Source of the DNA: a virus
Taxonomy: Duplodnaviria > Caudoviricetes
Reading direction: 5' to 3' (one strand)
DNA length: 60,293 bases
IMG/VR virus record: IMGVR_UViG_3300044796_000664
Location: 1 to 60,293 of that record
The notes beneath the pieces were generated by a model, which saw only the letters and a list, made by a program, of their open reading frames with translations, was not told where the DNA came from and made no database searches. Positions 9,765 to 19,676 of the stretch are shown here, in pieces. Both the position numbers and the translations under genes were made by a program. Each line of letters begins with the position of its first letter. Position 1 is the stretch's first letter.

Positions 9765-10109
9765 TCAGTCTAGCGGCAGTCGCCGCAGCACTTCCTCGCA
9801 GCGGAACAGGGCCAGGGCGTCAGCATCGTCGGGAAGCCCCTCGCCGAGCCCTCCGGATGGCAGCCGCGCACGAAAGCGAGCCACCAGGGAACTGACGCCC
9901 TCATGGATTTGTCGGACCAACAGCGGGTGCGGCTGGTGACGCTGGCCGAAGTGCGCCTTCACGCACTGGCCGCAGTAGAGCCCCTTGCAGTCCCAGCAGC
10001 GGTAGTCGTCGCCATCGTCGATGGCCTTCTTGCAGCCCGCGCAGGTCGGGGCATCGCGTTCGATCGCGGCCCGAGCCTGCTCAAGGTGGTAGATGGCCCT
10101 GTGAACCAT
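9765..10109 (-). CDS. Zinc-finger protein
   Basis: CAGC...CWDC...CGQC...H. Confidence 0.65.
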   Translation of the reverse strand: MVHRAIYHLEQARAAIERDAPTCAGCKKAIDDGDDYRCWDCKGLYCGQCVKAHFGQRHQPHPLLVRQIHEGVSSLVARFRARLPSGGLGEGLPDDADALALFRCEEVLRRLPLD

Positions 10110-10146
10110 GGCGACGACTCCCGAGCCGGCGCGGTTAGTGCGCGGC

Positions 10147-10656
10147 CTACTTCGGCGCTACGCCGTCGCGCACGATGTCGGATGCCGAGGCGGCCGGCAG
10201 GGTCGTGTGGTTGAGCGCGGTCGCCACTACGTCGGCGGGATGGGCGGTGGTCGCCGCCGCCGCGATGATGGCCGCGCAGCCGTTGGCCGACACGTCGCCG
10301 GTGGCCAGCGCGACCGAAGGCGCGGAGATCGTCCCGGCCGGCGCGCCAGCCGCGGCGCCCGCGAGGTTGACGGGCGAGGCGGTCGCGGTCGCGGTCGCCT
10401 TGACGTTCAGGTCGGCATAGGTGTCGGGAGAGTCGATCCCGCCGCAGGCCGTCACGGTGTCTTGCGTCTGGTCCTTGGGGATGAACCGGGGCGCCCGATC
10501 GACGGTGATGCTGAACTGGCCGGCGGTCACCCCGGAGTTGGCGTTCAGGTTGAGGGCGACGCCGTTGACCTTCACGGCGTCGTGGCTGGTCAGCGTGCCG
10601 CAGGCGGAAAGGGCGATGGCAAGGGCGATCGCCCCGAGGAAGGGAATGAGTTTCAT
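10147..10656 (-). CDS. Lipoprotein (spanin/lysis-accessory candidate)
   Basis: Lipobox LSA-C; located in the lysis cluster. Confidence 0.7.
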   Translation of the reverse strand: MKLIPFLGAIALAIALSACGTLTSHDAVKVNGVALNLNANSGVTAGQFSITVDRAPRFIPKDQTQDTVTACGGIDSPDTYADLNVKATATATASPVNLAGAAAGAPAGTISAPSVALATGDVSANGCAAIIAAAATTAHPADVVATALNHTTLPAASASDIVRDGVAPK

Positions 10657-10967
10657 GGCTGGCTCCTTGGCCGGACGGGTTGGACGGTGAGACTTTCGCG
10701 GTTGATGATCGCGACGTTGCCGTGCGCGGGCAGCACCGCGCAGAACGACCTCTGGGCGCCGACGGTGATCTGGCCGCAGCCGGCGACCAGGCCGAGCGTG
10801 GTCGAGCGGACGCCCGTGGCGTCGGCCTGCTTGTCGATGTGAACGACGCCCACGCCGACGTAGACGTACTGGTGACCGCCGATCGGCACACCGGCGCAGC
10901 CGGAGAGGGCCAGGGCGATCCCCGCCTGCGCGAGGATGACGGCCACGGCCGCCAGACGATGGATCAT
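10653..10967 (-). CDS. Lipoprotein
   Basis: MIHRLAAVAVILAQAGIALALSG-C lipobox; ATGA overlaps with neighbours. Confidence 0.65.
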   Translation of the reverse strand: MIHRLAAVAVILAQAGIALALSGCAGVPIGGHQYVYVGVGVVHIDKQADATGVRSTTLGLVAGCGQITVGAQRSFCAVLPAHGNVAIINRESLTVQPVRPRSQP

Positions 10968-11467
10968 TTCGGCAGAGGGCCGACGTAGCGCTGGTAGCCG
11001 ATCAGCCAGTTCGGGCTGAGAGCGGCGCGGGCCTGGTCGAGGGTGAGCGTCCCGGCGCAGACCATGTGGGCGACCTTGGTCTCCAGCACATCCTTGACGC
11101 GGGCGCCGTAGCGGTCGGCGTAGATCATCCACCAGAGGTTCTTGGGGTCCGCCGGCGCGCCGCCGTCCTCGATCGAGATCAGGTGATCCAGCTCGCCATC
11201 GAGCGGCTTGGCGCCCGGCGGGGTGGCGGCGTTGCGCAGCTCATCGGTGTAGCGGGTCGAGGGCCGCACCGTCGCGGTCCAGCCGTGGACGCAGATGGTG
11301 GCCCCGATCGTCGTCGGCGTGACGGCCGGATTGAGCACGCCGGGCGTCCGCGCCGGATCCGGCAGCACATGCGCGGTGATCAGCTGCGCAGCCGTGCGGC
11401 CATCCGGGGCGATGTAGGACGCGGGCGCGGCGGTGGCCAGCGCGGCGGCCAGGAACGGGGCGAGCAT
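10964..11467 (-). CDS. Exported HNH-like protein
   Basis: Signal peptide; ELDHLISIEDGGAPADPKNLW resembles the HNH core. Confidence 0.65.
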   Translation of the reverse strand: MLAPFLAAALATAAPASYIAPDGRTAAQLITAHVLPDPARTPGVLNPAVTPTTIGATICVHGWTATVRPSTRYTDELRNAATPPGAKPLDGELDHLISIEDGGAPADPKNLWWMIYADRYGARVKDVLETKVAHMVCAGTLTLDQARAALSPNWLIGYQRYVGPLPK

Positions 11468-11480
11468 GGCTGGGTTCCCT

Positions 11481-12086
11481 CTATGCCGGCCAGATGGCGC
11501 GGGCAGCCTGGAACGCCGCCTGGCGGCCGTCCAGCCCGGTCAGCCCGCCGTTGATCCGGCGGGTGATGGTCTTGATGTCATCGGCGTCCGCCAGTTCGTT
11601 GCAGCCGCGCTCGGCCCAGTATTGCGCGGCCACCAACGCGCCGAGGGCCGGCTGCAGCAGCGCATCGGGACTGCCCTCCAGGTCGACGCCCTGCACCGGC
11701 GACAGAGCCACGTAGCCCGCGCGCCCGGTGATCTGGATCGGCCCGCGCCCGCGGAAGCGCCAGCCGTCGCCGGAGGCCTCGTCGCCGTTGCCCATGCGGC
11801 CCATATAGGCCCGGTTGGCGATCCGCTCCGGCTGGCGGGCGTACTGGGCGTTGAGCGGCGGAGCGAACCGGCCGGGCCATAGCTTGGCCAGCGCCTCGGC
11901 CGAATAGTTCAGGTTCTCCTCGAACACCGTCAGGCCGGCCGATTCCTGCGACACCTGGGCCAGGAAGTGCGTCAGGCGCAGGTCGCTGTCGATCTCGAAC
12001 CGCGCACACGCCGCCTCGAGCGCCGGCGCCCAGACGGCCGCGTCACAGCGCGGGGCGAAGGCGTGCAGCTGGGCGGCGGAGATCAC
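11481..12086 (-). CDS. Endolysin, glycoside hydrolase family 19
   Basis: HFLAQVSQES, EENLNYS, GDGWRFRGRGPIQITGR, ITRRINGG. Confidence 0.92.
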   Translation of the reverse strand: MISAAQLHAFAPRCDAAVWAPALEAACARFEIDSDLRLTHFLAQVSQESAGLTVFEENLNYSAEALAKLWPGRFAPPLNAQYARQPERIANRAYMGRMGNGDEASGDGWRFRGRGPIQITGRAGYVALSPVQGVDLEGSPDALLQPALGALVAAQYWAERGCNELADADDIKTITRRINGGLTGLDGRQAAFQAARAIWPA

Positions 12087-12385
12087 TGGCCGGCCGGCCC
12101 AGCCGGCGCAGGGACGACTGGCTTGCCCGAGGCGTTCACCAGCGCCACGGGCGCGGCGAGCATGGCGGCGCGCAGTGTCGCCGTGCCTCGCAGGTTCTTG
12201 TAGATCGACCAGCCGATCACGATGACCAGAGCGAGCGCACCAGCGAGCTGCTGGGACTGGTCGGCATTGATCAGGCCGTCCTGGACCAGCACCCCGCCGA
12301 GGGCGGCCAGCAGGGCGCGCACGATGGAAAAGAGATTGAGCGCGCGAGCGGTCGGCGCCGGAACCGTGGGCAGGTTGTCGGTCAT
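12083..12385 (-). CDS. Holin-like 2-TM protein
   Basis: Two TM helices; GGAG-like RBS region; immediately upstream of the endolysin. Confidence 0.7.
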   Translation of the reverse strand: MTDNLPTVPAPTARALNLFSIVRALLAALGGVLVQDGLINADQSQQLAGALALVIVIGWSIYKNLRGTATLRAAMLAAPVALVNASGKPVVPAPAGPAGQ

Positions 12386-12431
12386 GGAGATCTCTGAAGG
12401 TGAGAGGAGGCGAACGCCGTTCGCGAAGGCG

Positions 12432-14108
12432 TCAGTTGGGCACGAGGGCGAGGGAAAAGCCGGTCCCGGTATCCGCCGGGCTGATCGGGGCGGTGGCCTG
12501 GACATTAGCCCCCGAGCTCACCGCATATTTGTCGGCGATCAGGATCTGGGCGGCTGAGCCGTTATAGGGCACGCGAAAGCGCCCGTTGGTCCCGGTCGGT
12601 ACCGTCATGTTCTTGGTGCCAGCGTTCCAGTTGCCGAAAATGCTGACCACGGTCTCGTTGGCCGAGGAGGTGGTCAGGCTGGGGGTCTTGAGCGAGGACT
12701 GCGTGCCGCTGATCGACTGGGCGCACCCCGACTGGCTGGTGGTGTAGGTGTTCAGGCAGCCTGTCGCACCGGTGTCCACCGAGGCGACCGTGGTTCCGTA
12801 GTCAAGGAACACATACTCCAGCGAGCGATAGGTCGAATTGGTCCAGGTGAAGGTGTCGGCGCCCGTCTCGCCCGAGCCGGCGAAGCCATAGCAAAGGACG
12901 ATGCTGTCATCCTCGTAGATGTCGAACGCCGGGCCGACCTGAGTCCAGGTGGTCGCGCCGCCGGTGGGGCATTGGACGTTGTGGTTCACGGTGCCGCTGT
13001 CCACCACCGAGGCGATCAGCACGATGAAGTCGCCCTGCGCGATCGGCATCCCCATCACCGTGGTGGTGAGACTGGTCGAACCGCTGGCCAGGACCCATTG
13101 CGCCTGCGGCAACCATTTGAGCGTCGCCTGGTGCGCGGGCGGCCCCGCCGGCCCGTAGGGCGCGTCATAGACCGCGGCGCCGGTGTAGTAGGCCGTGGTC
13201 GACCAGGCCGTGGTGGCCGATCCGGTGTTGGTCTGCATCCCGGCGGCGCCGCCCACCGCGCAGACTTCGGGCTTGCGGCCGGTAGGCTGCGAGCAGTCCG
13301 AGCCCAGCGCCACCGGCTTGCCGCCGGAGATGAACTTGGCCAGCTTGGAGGGCGGGATGGTGTTGGCGCCGGCGCAGTCGCCAAAGGGCGTTCCCGCGCC
13401 CGTGCAGACGATGCTCTCCTCGGCCATGAACAGGTCCGCCAGCCAGGACCATTTGCCATAGGCGGCCCCGCCAGACGTGTTGCCGAGGGCGAAACCGGAC
13501 GAGTTGTTCAGGTCCGGCGAGGTGTTGGCGAAGTCGGCCATGACGAACGAGCCGTCCGCCTTCCGGTCCACCCCATCGACGTAGATCGCCCAGACCTGGG
13601 CGGCGGCGTCGAAGCTCATCAGGTAATGGTGCCAGCCGCCGGAAGAAAACACGGTGTGACCGGCAACGCCATCGATCTTGATCGCATCGGTGGTGTGATT
13701 GCTGCCGGTCGAATTGTTGAAGTTGAATTGCGCCATCACCCCGCTGCTGTCGAACGACGGGCAGATGCCGGGCGAGGTTCCGGCGATGACTTCGCAATGG
13801 CTGGAAGACGGCCCCGTGCCAGCCCCGGACTGGCCGTTGAGCAGGATGGTGGTATTGCCGCCGGGGTTGGAGCCGCCGTTGTTCGCCCCGGCGATCCAGA
13901 AGCTGTAGGTCAGCGTCTTGGAGTTGGTGACGCCCAGCGCGGTCGTGGTGCCGACCCACACGTCCTGCGGAAACAGCGCCCCGATCGAGGACGAATAGGT
14001 GATGCCAGGCCCAAAGCTGCCCGGCCCGACGCCGAGGGTCAGCATCTGGGCGCTGGCCAGCGCTGGCCACAGCAGCGCGGCCAGCCCGATCAGGAGACGA
14101 CGGATCAT
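12432..14108 (-). CDS. Putative tail fibre/receptor-binding protein with LamG-like domain and N-terminal signal-like sequence
   Basis: TYSFWI...GGWHHYLMSFD...IYVDGV lectin-fold motif; Thr/Gly/Ser-rich. Confidence 0.65.
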   Translation of the reverse strand: MIRRLLIGLAALLWPALASAQMLTLGVGPGSFGPGITYSSSIGALFPQDVWVGTTTALGVTNSKTLTYSFWIAGANNGGSNPGGNTTILLNGQSGAGTGPSSSHCEVIAGTSPGICPSFDSSGVMAQFNFNNSTGSNHTTDAIKIDGVAGHTVFSSGGWHHYLMSFDAAAQVWAIYVDGVDRKADGSFVMADFANTSPDLNNSSGFALGNTSGGAAYGKWSWLADLFMAEESIVCTGAGTPFGDCAGANTIPPSKLAKFISGGKPVALGSDCSQPTGRKPEVCAVGGAAGMQTNTGSATTAWSTTAYYTGAAVYDAPYGPAGPPAHQATLKWLPQAQWVLASGSTSLTTTVMGMPIAQGDFIVLIASVVDSGTVNHNVQCPTGGATTWTQVGPAFDIYEDDSIVLCYGFAGSGETGADTFTWTNSTYRSLEYVFLDYGTTVASVDTGATGCLNTYTTSQSGCAQSISGTQSSLKTPSLTTSSANETVVSIFGNWNAGTKNMTVPTGTNGRFRVPYNGSAAQILIADKYAVSSGANVQATAPISPADTGTGFSLALVPN

Positions 14109-15232
14109 TTGGTGTACAGGCTCACAACGTAGGCGCTGGCGGCCGGAGCCGTGGTGTCGTTGTCGGCGTAGCCGGTGGTGATGCAGACGCTGAGCGCGGT
14201 CGAATAGGCCGCCCCGACGCTGCCGCCGATCTGGATCAGCGCGCCCGCGCCGGAGGTGCTGGCCGGGATCATGAACTCGTCGATGACGGTTCCAGAGCCG
14301 CAGGTCGTGGATTCCTGGGCGGTGTTGTAGGTCTTGACGTAGGCGATGGTCGCCGAGTTGTTCTGGACATAGCCGCCGTAGAGCGTGCAGGCCGCCGTGC
14401 ACACCGCGATCGAGGTGGTGTTGTTGGCCACCTGGATGCGTTTGGTGTTCGCGCCGCCCGTGGTCGAGGCGTTGGTGGTGACGTTGAGCCCGGTGCCGGC
14501 GGTGTTGTTGTAATCCGGCAAGGTGACGCGCAGATCGCCGTCAGGTTCGCAATCGAGCCCGTTCAACTGGGCGGTCGTGTAGGACGGCAGGGCGGTCAAG
14601 GTCTGGCAGCCGACCCAGACGAAGGTGTTGGAGCCCGTCGCCGTGCCGGGCGCGATCGGCAGGCCGACCACGGCCTTGAAGATGCCGGACAGCCAGCCGA
14701 GGACGCCGGAACCGCCGGTCGGCTGGGTGATGCCCGTGCCCCCCGCGCCCTGCGCAGTCGCGATGGCGGCAAGGCTGCCGCCCGCCGTGTCGGGCAGGTT
14801 GCCGCTGATCCCGAACGCCGTGTTGCCGATCGATCCGCCGGCCTGGAAGGGCGAGCCGAGCGTGCTGTTGATGGTCTTCAGCCGGTCGCCGATGGTGTAG
14901 GCGGTCGGGCTGGCGGTGACCGCGCCCAGCTCGCTCGCCGTGGTCCCGGTGTTGGTGGCGGTGCTGGCCAGGTTGCCGCCGGTCTCCAACGCCAGGCCCG
15001 CCGTCGAGATCGTCGCGCCGACGAGGATCTGGCAATTCGCGTCGGAACCGCCGACCAGGCAGACGTGGCCGTCCCCAGAATCGCGGCCAACCAGGTTCAC
15101 TCCATCGGCCGCCTGCGTGCGGCCGACCTGGTCCTGATATGACGTCGGCTTGTCGGTGGTGGTGGTCTGGGCCGCGGCGCCGAACGCCCAGGCGAGCGCC
15201 AGCGCCGCCAGGATGGGCGGGAAGATTTTCAT
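14105..15232 (-). CDS. Putative virion fibre protein with N-terminal signal-like sequence
   Basis: Thr/Gly/Ala-rich; C-terminal beta-sandwich-like segment; position after tail tip. Confidence 0.65.
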   Translation of the reverse strand: MKIFPPILAALALAWAFGAAAQTTTTDKPTSYQDQVGRTQAADGVNLVGRDSGDGHVCLVGGSDANCQILVGATISTAGLALETGGNLASTATNTGTTASELGAVTASPTAYTIGDRLKTINSTLGSPFQAGGSIGNTAFGISGNLPDTAGGSLAAIATAQGAGGTGITQPTGGSGVLGWLSGIFKAVVGLPIAPGTATGSNTFVWVGCQTLTALPSYTTAQLNGLDCEPDGDLRVTLPDYNNTAGTGLNVTTNASTTGGANTKRIQVANNTTSIAVCTAACTLYGGYVQNNSATIAYVKTYNTAQESTTCGSGTVIDEFMIPASTSGAGALIQIGGSVGAAYSTALSVCITTGYADNDTTAPAASAYVVSLYTK

Positions 15233-15296
15233 GGGGCGGATTCCTTGTTGCGCTATCGCCCTGCGGGCTGCTTGAGCGCGTAGCCTTGGGGAGGGT

Positions 15297-15887
15297 TCAG
15301 GCGGGGTCGAAGTCGGGCGCGGCGAAAGCGGCGAGGGCCAGGTCGGCCGGGAACTTGGCGGCCACCTCGGGCTTTTCGAGGAACTTGCGCGGGTTCGGGT
15401 GGCCCTGGTTGAGATAGGCCAGGGCGACATAGGCCGCCGCGGGGCTGGCGAAGCGCATGTCGCGGTGCTTGAGCATCTCGCTGAAAGGCCCGCGCGCCCG
15501 CTCGAACGGGTGATGCTGGATCAGGTTGAGCAGCAAATAGTGCTGCGCCCAGCCGGCGACGAACTCGCCGTGCTCGTGCGTCTGGGCGTTGTTGAACATC
15601 AGGGTCTTGACGATCGACTCGCAAATCGCGGTCGGGCCCCACTCCTCATGGGCGTAGATGTAGGCCTCGACCTCGGTCACATCGTCGTCGAGATGGGCGG
15701 CCAGGTAGTCGCTGACCGGGCAATGGCGGCGACCGATGACGGCGTTGGATTGGCGGTAGTCGTGCAGCAGCTCGGCGACGGTCGTATATTTCAGCCGCAC
15801 GGTCCACGGGTGCGCGCCGCCGTCCATGACGACCTCGGAAGGATGATCGACGCGTCGCATCAGGCCCTCGCGATGATCTGCAGACAC
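15297..15887 (-). CDS. Hypothetical protein
   Basis: 196-aa ORF with typical codon usage between tail tip and fibre genes. Confidence 0.65.
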   Translation of the reverse strand: MSADHREGLMRRVDHPSEVVMDGGAHPWTVRLKYTTVAELLHDYRQSNAVIGRRHCPVSDYLAAHLDDDVTEVEAYIYAHEEWGPTAICESIVKTLMFNNAQTHEHGEFVAGWAQHYLLLNLIQHHPFERARGPFSEMLKHRDMRFASPAAAYVALAYLNQGHPNPRKFLEKPEVAAKFPADLALAAFAAPDFDPA

Positions 15888-18800
15888 GCCCCGGCGCCGG
15901 GCTGGCTGGTGAATGAGCCGCCGGCGCCACCGCCGCCTGGGGACAGGCCGGGCTGGCTGTCGGTCGTCTGATCGACATAGGTCCCGGTGATGTCCGCCGC
16001 GCCGCCGCCATCCCAGGAGTCGACCAGGCCGCCCGCATGACCGGTGTAGGCGTGGGTCGCGCTCGCGCCGGTCGCGGTGGTGATGGTCGCCGACCCGCCT
16101 GGGGTCCCAGGGCCGCCGCTGGGCGCGTTGACCCCGCTGTTGGCGCTGATCGACAGGCCGGTCGCCGTCGCCGTCGCGGCTGAGCCGGTCGACCCCGGCA
16201 GGGTGTAGGTGATGGTCAGGCCAGGGCTGGCCGGGAAGCCCAGCACCACCGCCGCGCCCGCCGCCGAACCGCCATAGTCGGTGTAGGTCCAGCCGTCCTT
16301 CACGTCGCCGGTGACATAGCCCGACCCGGCCCCGCCGATCCCCGTCAAGACGATGTCGACGTGCGTATACGAACCCGCCGGCAGCACGAAGGTCTTGCCC
16401 GATCCGGACACCGAGTCATTGAGCAAGGTCGTCCCGGGACCACTGCCGCCGCTGCCGCCGCTGATGGTCCCCACCGTGATCGCGCTGGCGATGATCTCGC
16501 GGAAGGTGGGGACGCCGTTGACCAGATAGAGCACCGACACGTCGTAGGTCTGGCCGGACTGGACGGAGGTGATCTCCTTGCGGGTCGTGGTCGGGTTGCC
16601 CATTCCGCCGCTGGCCCAGATGCTGGTCCCCGTCACGCGATAGTCGAAGTCGATCGCCGTGGCGCTCGGATTGTCGCTGGCGCCGGTGATGACGATGGCG
16701 GGGATGGACTGGCCGGCGTTGCTCAGCACCGTCCCGACCGCCGTCCAGGCCGCGCTCGAAGGGGCCGCCGAGCCGATCTGGGTGGGGGTGATCGAGTAGA
16801 CCAGGCAGTCCGACAGGTCGACGATGCCCAGGCCCCAGAGATTGAAGCTCTGGAATTTGACGTAGACGACCTGGCCCGCGTTGGTGGCGAAGTAGGGGAA
16901 GTCGAAGATGGCGTCGTCCAACCGCACGAACAGCGCGCCGGCCGAGTGGGCGGCGACGCCGCTGTTGAGATATCCCCGCCGGATGCTGGTCCCCAGGCTA
17001 TAGCGGTTCGGGTTGGTCAGGGTGGCGGCCGTGAAACAGATCAGCTCGTCGTCGATCAGGCACAGTGTCCCGCCCGCGTCGGCGTCCGACGTGGAGCCCG
17101 CCGTCAGCTCGCCGCCAGATGCGCCCAGGTCCACCGCCAGGGTGTTCGTCGTGTCCGGGTCCGCGTGGCTGGCGAAGGAGGCCGTGGCGTAGCCGTAGCG
17201 CGCCGGCGCGTCGATCGTCCCGATCTGCTGATAGTTCGTCCCGTCCGTCGAGACCCAGACGTGAGCGCCGCCCCAGTTGGGGCCGCCCGCCACCGCCGCC
17301 CAGACCTGGCCGCCCGCAGCCAGCACCGATGGCGGGTTGAACAGGTAGGGCCCGGCGATCTCGGCGGCCGTGGCCGCGTGGGGCCGGCCGGGCAGGCCCT
17401 GATAGAGCTGTTGTTGCGAGACGTAGATCGCGTTCGACCCGTCGCCCGTCCAGACAAAATTGCCCGAAGCATCGAGAACGCTGATCGCCACAACCTCCGG
17501 GGCCGCGCTGGGAATGTTGATCGTCAGGCTCAACACCCAGATGCCGGCGACCAGGCTGGCGCTGACGCTCGCGGCAGTGACGGTCGCCGCGCCAATGACG
17601 ATCGGCCCAACGGTGATGATTCCGGCGTTCACATCGGCTTCGAAATAAGCCCCGTTAGCATGGGGGGCATCCATGACGCGAAACTCGACGAGCTTGTGCG
17701 CGCCCTGTTGGACGCAGGCCGTGTAGGTATAGTTGAGACCGGCGAAGGTATTGGTGAAGGTCTGGTAGACGGTGTGTTCGCCATTCACCGCGGTCGGAAC
17801 AATCGTAGCGGCCGTGGTCAATCCGTATTGGTCGGTGTGACTCGCGCCCGTGACGGTGGCATTGACCTTGGCCCATGCCGCGTTGGATGCGTCGCCTGAA
17901 TAGAGCAGCAGGTTCGCTTCCACCCCGCCCGGATCAACGCCCTGGTTGACGGCGTAACCGACGCCGGCCTGCATGGTGTAGAGCGGGGTCGCGGCGATGC
18001 CGATGGGGGCGTCTTCCGCCGTGACCTGAAGGCCGCCGGTCTCGTCCTCGTCGATCTGGATGATCCGCACCGGATAGGCGCTCAGCCCCAGGCCGGCATC
18101 CGTGATCTGCACGATGTCGCCGGGCTCCAGCAGGGCGAACGGCCAGGCCAGGGTGAACTTGTACTGGCCCCGGACGTAGAGCGTCCGCTGCAGGAAGAGC
18201 TGCGCCGAGATCGCCGCGACCGCGGAGGCGCAGATGCAATGCACCGTGTCCGGGTCTTTGCGCCGCATGCCGTACTGAGCGACGTTGGCGGCGTCGGAGG
18301 CCAGGGCGATGGCCATGTTGTACTGGTTGGAGCGGTCCAGATATTCGAGCTGGATCACGTTGTAGGCGTCGGACTGGTCCATGACGTCGACCAGGATCGG
18401 GGGACTGTCCTTCTCCACCACGAAGTGATCGTCCGTGAGCGAATAGACCGGGGTGACGTTGGGCGTGTAGGTCTTGCCGTTCCCCGTCAGGGCGGTGTCG
18501 CCATAGGCGATGAACTTCAGCACCCCTTCTGACCAGACGCAGGTGGAGTTGGTCGCCTTGAGCAGTTCGTTCAGGAAGTCCGAGGCGCTGCGCTGGGAAT
18601 CGATCACCGGCGAGACCAAGAGGCCCGCCGCGAGGCAGTAGTTCTGGTACTGCGTGAGCGAGCCCAGCAGGCCCGTGCCCCACGACGGGACGCCGTAGCG
18701 GGCGTTGGTGAAGAAGTCCGTCACCACCAGCGACGGGTCGGCGTCCGGCGTACCCCCCACCCCGAAACTGGCGGTGCGCACCACCTCGAAGCTGTGGTTT

Positions 18801-19234
18801 GGCGTGCCGGCCCCGGAATCGAGCGGGTAGTTCGAGGCGTAGACGATGGCCAGGCCCGAATAGCCGAGAGCGTGATCGGGATGGCTGCTGGTCAGATAGG
18901 ACCAGACCGACTGCCCCACCGCGCCCGTCGCCAGGGTCAGTCCGGAGCTCGCCAGGCTCTCGGTCTTGCTGTCGACCCAGACCTGCGAGATCGAGTCGAT
19001 CGGCCCCTCGCAGATCGCCAGGACCAGCGTCGCCGAATAGCTGTAGCCGGTGATGGTCGAACCGCCCTTGGCCGCCGCCTTCTGCGCCTTGGAGCCGAAG
19101 TCCAGATAGTCGACCAGGTTGCACTTGCAGCGGAACGTGCCCCAGCCGACCGGGACGTTGACCCCAAGCGAGGACGTCTGGACCTGGATCCCGGCGTAGC
19201 GGGTGATGACGTTCCCGGCCGATCTACCGCCCAT
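15860..19234 (-). CDS. Tail tip/host-specificity protein (Phage-tail_3 / J-like)
   Basis: VPVGWG, AICEGPI, YSGLA, PNHSFEV and LEPGD motifs; 1124 aa. Confidence 0.88.
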   Translation of the reverse strand: MGGRSAGNVITRYAGIQVQTSSLGVNVPVGWGTFRCKCNLVDYLDFGSKAQKAAAKGGSTITGYSYSATLVLAICEGPIDSISQVWVDSKTESLASSGLTLATGAVGQSVWSYLTSSHPDHALGYSGLAIVYASNYPLDSGAGTPNHSFEVVRTASFGVGGTPDADPSLVVTDFFTNARYGVPSWGTGLLGSLTQYQNYCLAAGLLVSPVIDSQRSASDFLNELLKATNSTCVWSEGVLKFIAYGDTALTGNGKTYTPNVTPVYSLTDDHFVVEKDSPPILVDVMDQSDAYNVIQLEYLDRSNQYNMAIALASDAANVAQYGMRRKDPDTVHCICASAVAAISAQLFLQRTLYVRGQYKFTLAWPFALLEPGDIVQITDAGLGLSAYPVRIIQIDEDETGGLQVTAEDAPIGIAATPLYTMQAGVGYAVNQGVDPGGVEANLLLYSGDASNAAWAKVNATVTGASHTDQYGLTTAATIVPTAVNGEHTVYQTFTNTFAGLNYTYTACVQQGAHKLVEFRVMDAPHANGAYFEADVNAGIITVGPIVIGAATVTAASVSASLVAGIWVLSLTINIPSAAPEVVAISVLDASGNFVWTGDGSNAIYVSQQQLYQGLPGRPHAATAAEIAGPYLFNPPSVLAAGGQVWAAVAGGPNWGGAHVWVSTDGTNYQQIGTIDAPARYGYATASFASHADPDTTNTLAVDLGASGGELTAGSTSDADAGGTLCLIDDELICFTAATLTNPNRYSLGTSIRRGYLNSGVAAHSAGALFVRLDDAIFDFPYFATNAGQVVYVKFQSFNLWGLGIVDLSDCLVYSITPTQIGSAAPSSAAWTAVGTVLSNAGQSIPAIVITGASDNPSATAIDFDYRVTGTSIWASGGMGNPTTTRKEITSVQSGQTYDVSVLYLVNGVPTFREIIASAITVGTISGGSGGSGPGTTLLNDSVSGSGKTFVLPAGSYTHVDIVLTGIGGAGSGYVTGDVKDGWTYTDYGGSAAGAAVVLGFPASPGLTITYTLPGSTGSAATATATGLSISANSGVNAPSGGPGTPGGSATITTATGASATHAYTGHAGGLVDSWDGGGAADITGTYVDQTTDSQPGLSPGGGGAGGSFTSQPGAGACLQIIARA

Positions 19235-19676
19235 CGCGCTTCCTCCAGAACGAGAAGAAGCGCCGCGGCCGATCGATCAGCTGGGCGTCACGGTCCAGGT
19301 CGCCGAGGGTCACGCATCCGTCCTGCCGCACCGCATGCACCACCACGCCAGGCTCGACGAGGATGGCGCCGTGAGAGAAGGCCCGGCCGAACTTGAACAG
19401 GATCAGATCGCCTGGCTGGACTTCCTCGGCGGTGATCTCGGCCGCCAGGCGCAGCACGATGCCGGCATAGCGCTCCTCCTCGCGGTGGAGGTGCCAGTCG
19501 GAGGGATAGTCGCCGGTGTCGAACTTCTCAATCAGACCCACCGAAGACCAGACGCCGATCGGCAGCTGCGCGCAGTCGACGCCGACGCCCTTGATGCAGG
19601 CGCGGTGGTGGTAGGGCGTGCCGAGCCAGGCTCGGGCCTCAGCGATCACCAGGGCGCGCTCTTCGGTCTCGCTCAT
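19224..19676 (-). CDS. NlpC/P60 tail-associated peptidase
   Basis: ARAWLGTPYHH...GVDCAQL...PGDLILF...SHGAI. Confidence 0.88.
   Translation of the reverse strand: MSETEERALVIAEARAWLGTPYHHRACIKGVGVDCAQLPIGVWSSVGLIEKFDTGDYPSDWHLHREEERYAGIVLRLAAEITAEEVQPGDLILFKFGRAFSHGAILVEPGVVVHAVRQDGCVTLGDLDRDAQLIDRPRRFFSFWRKRDGR

Noticed and set aside
12432-19234. Diversity-generating retroelement acting on tail fibres
   Set aside because: No reverse transcriptase and no TR/VR repeat pair seen
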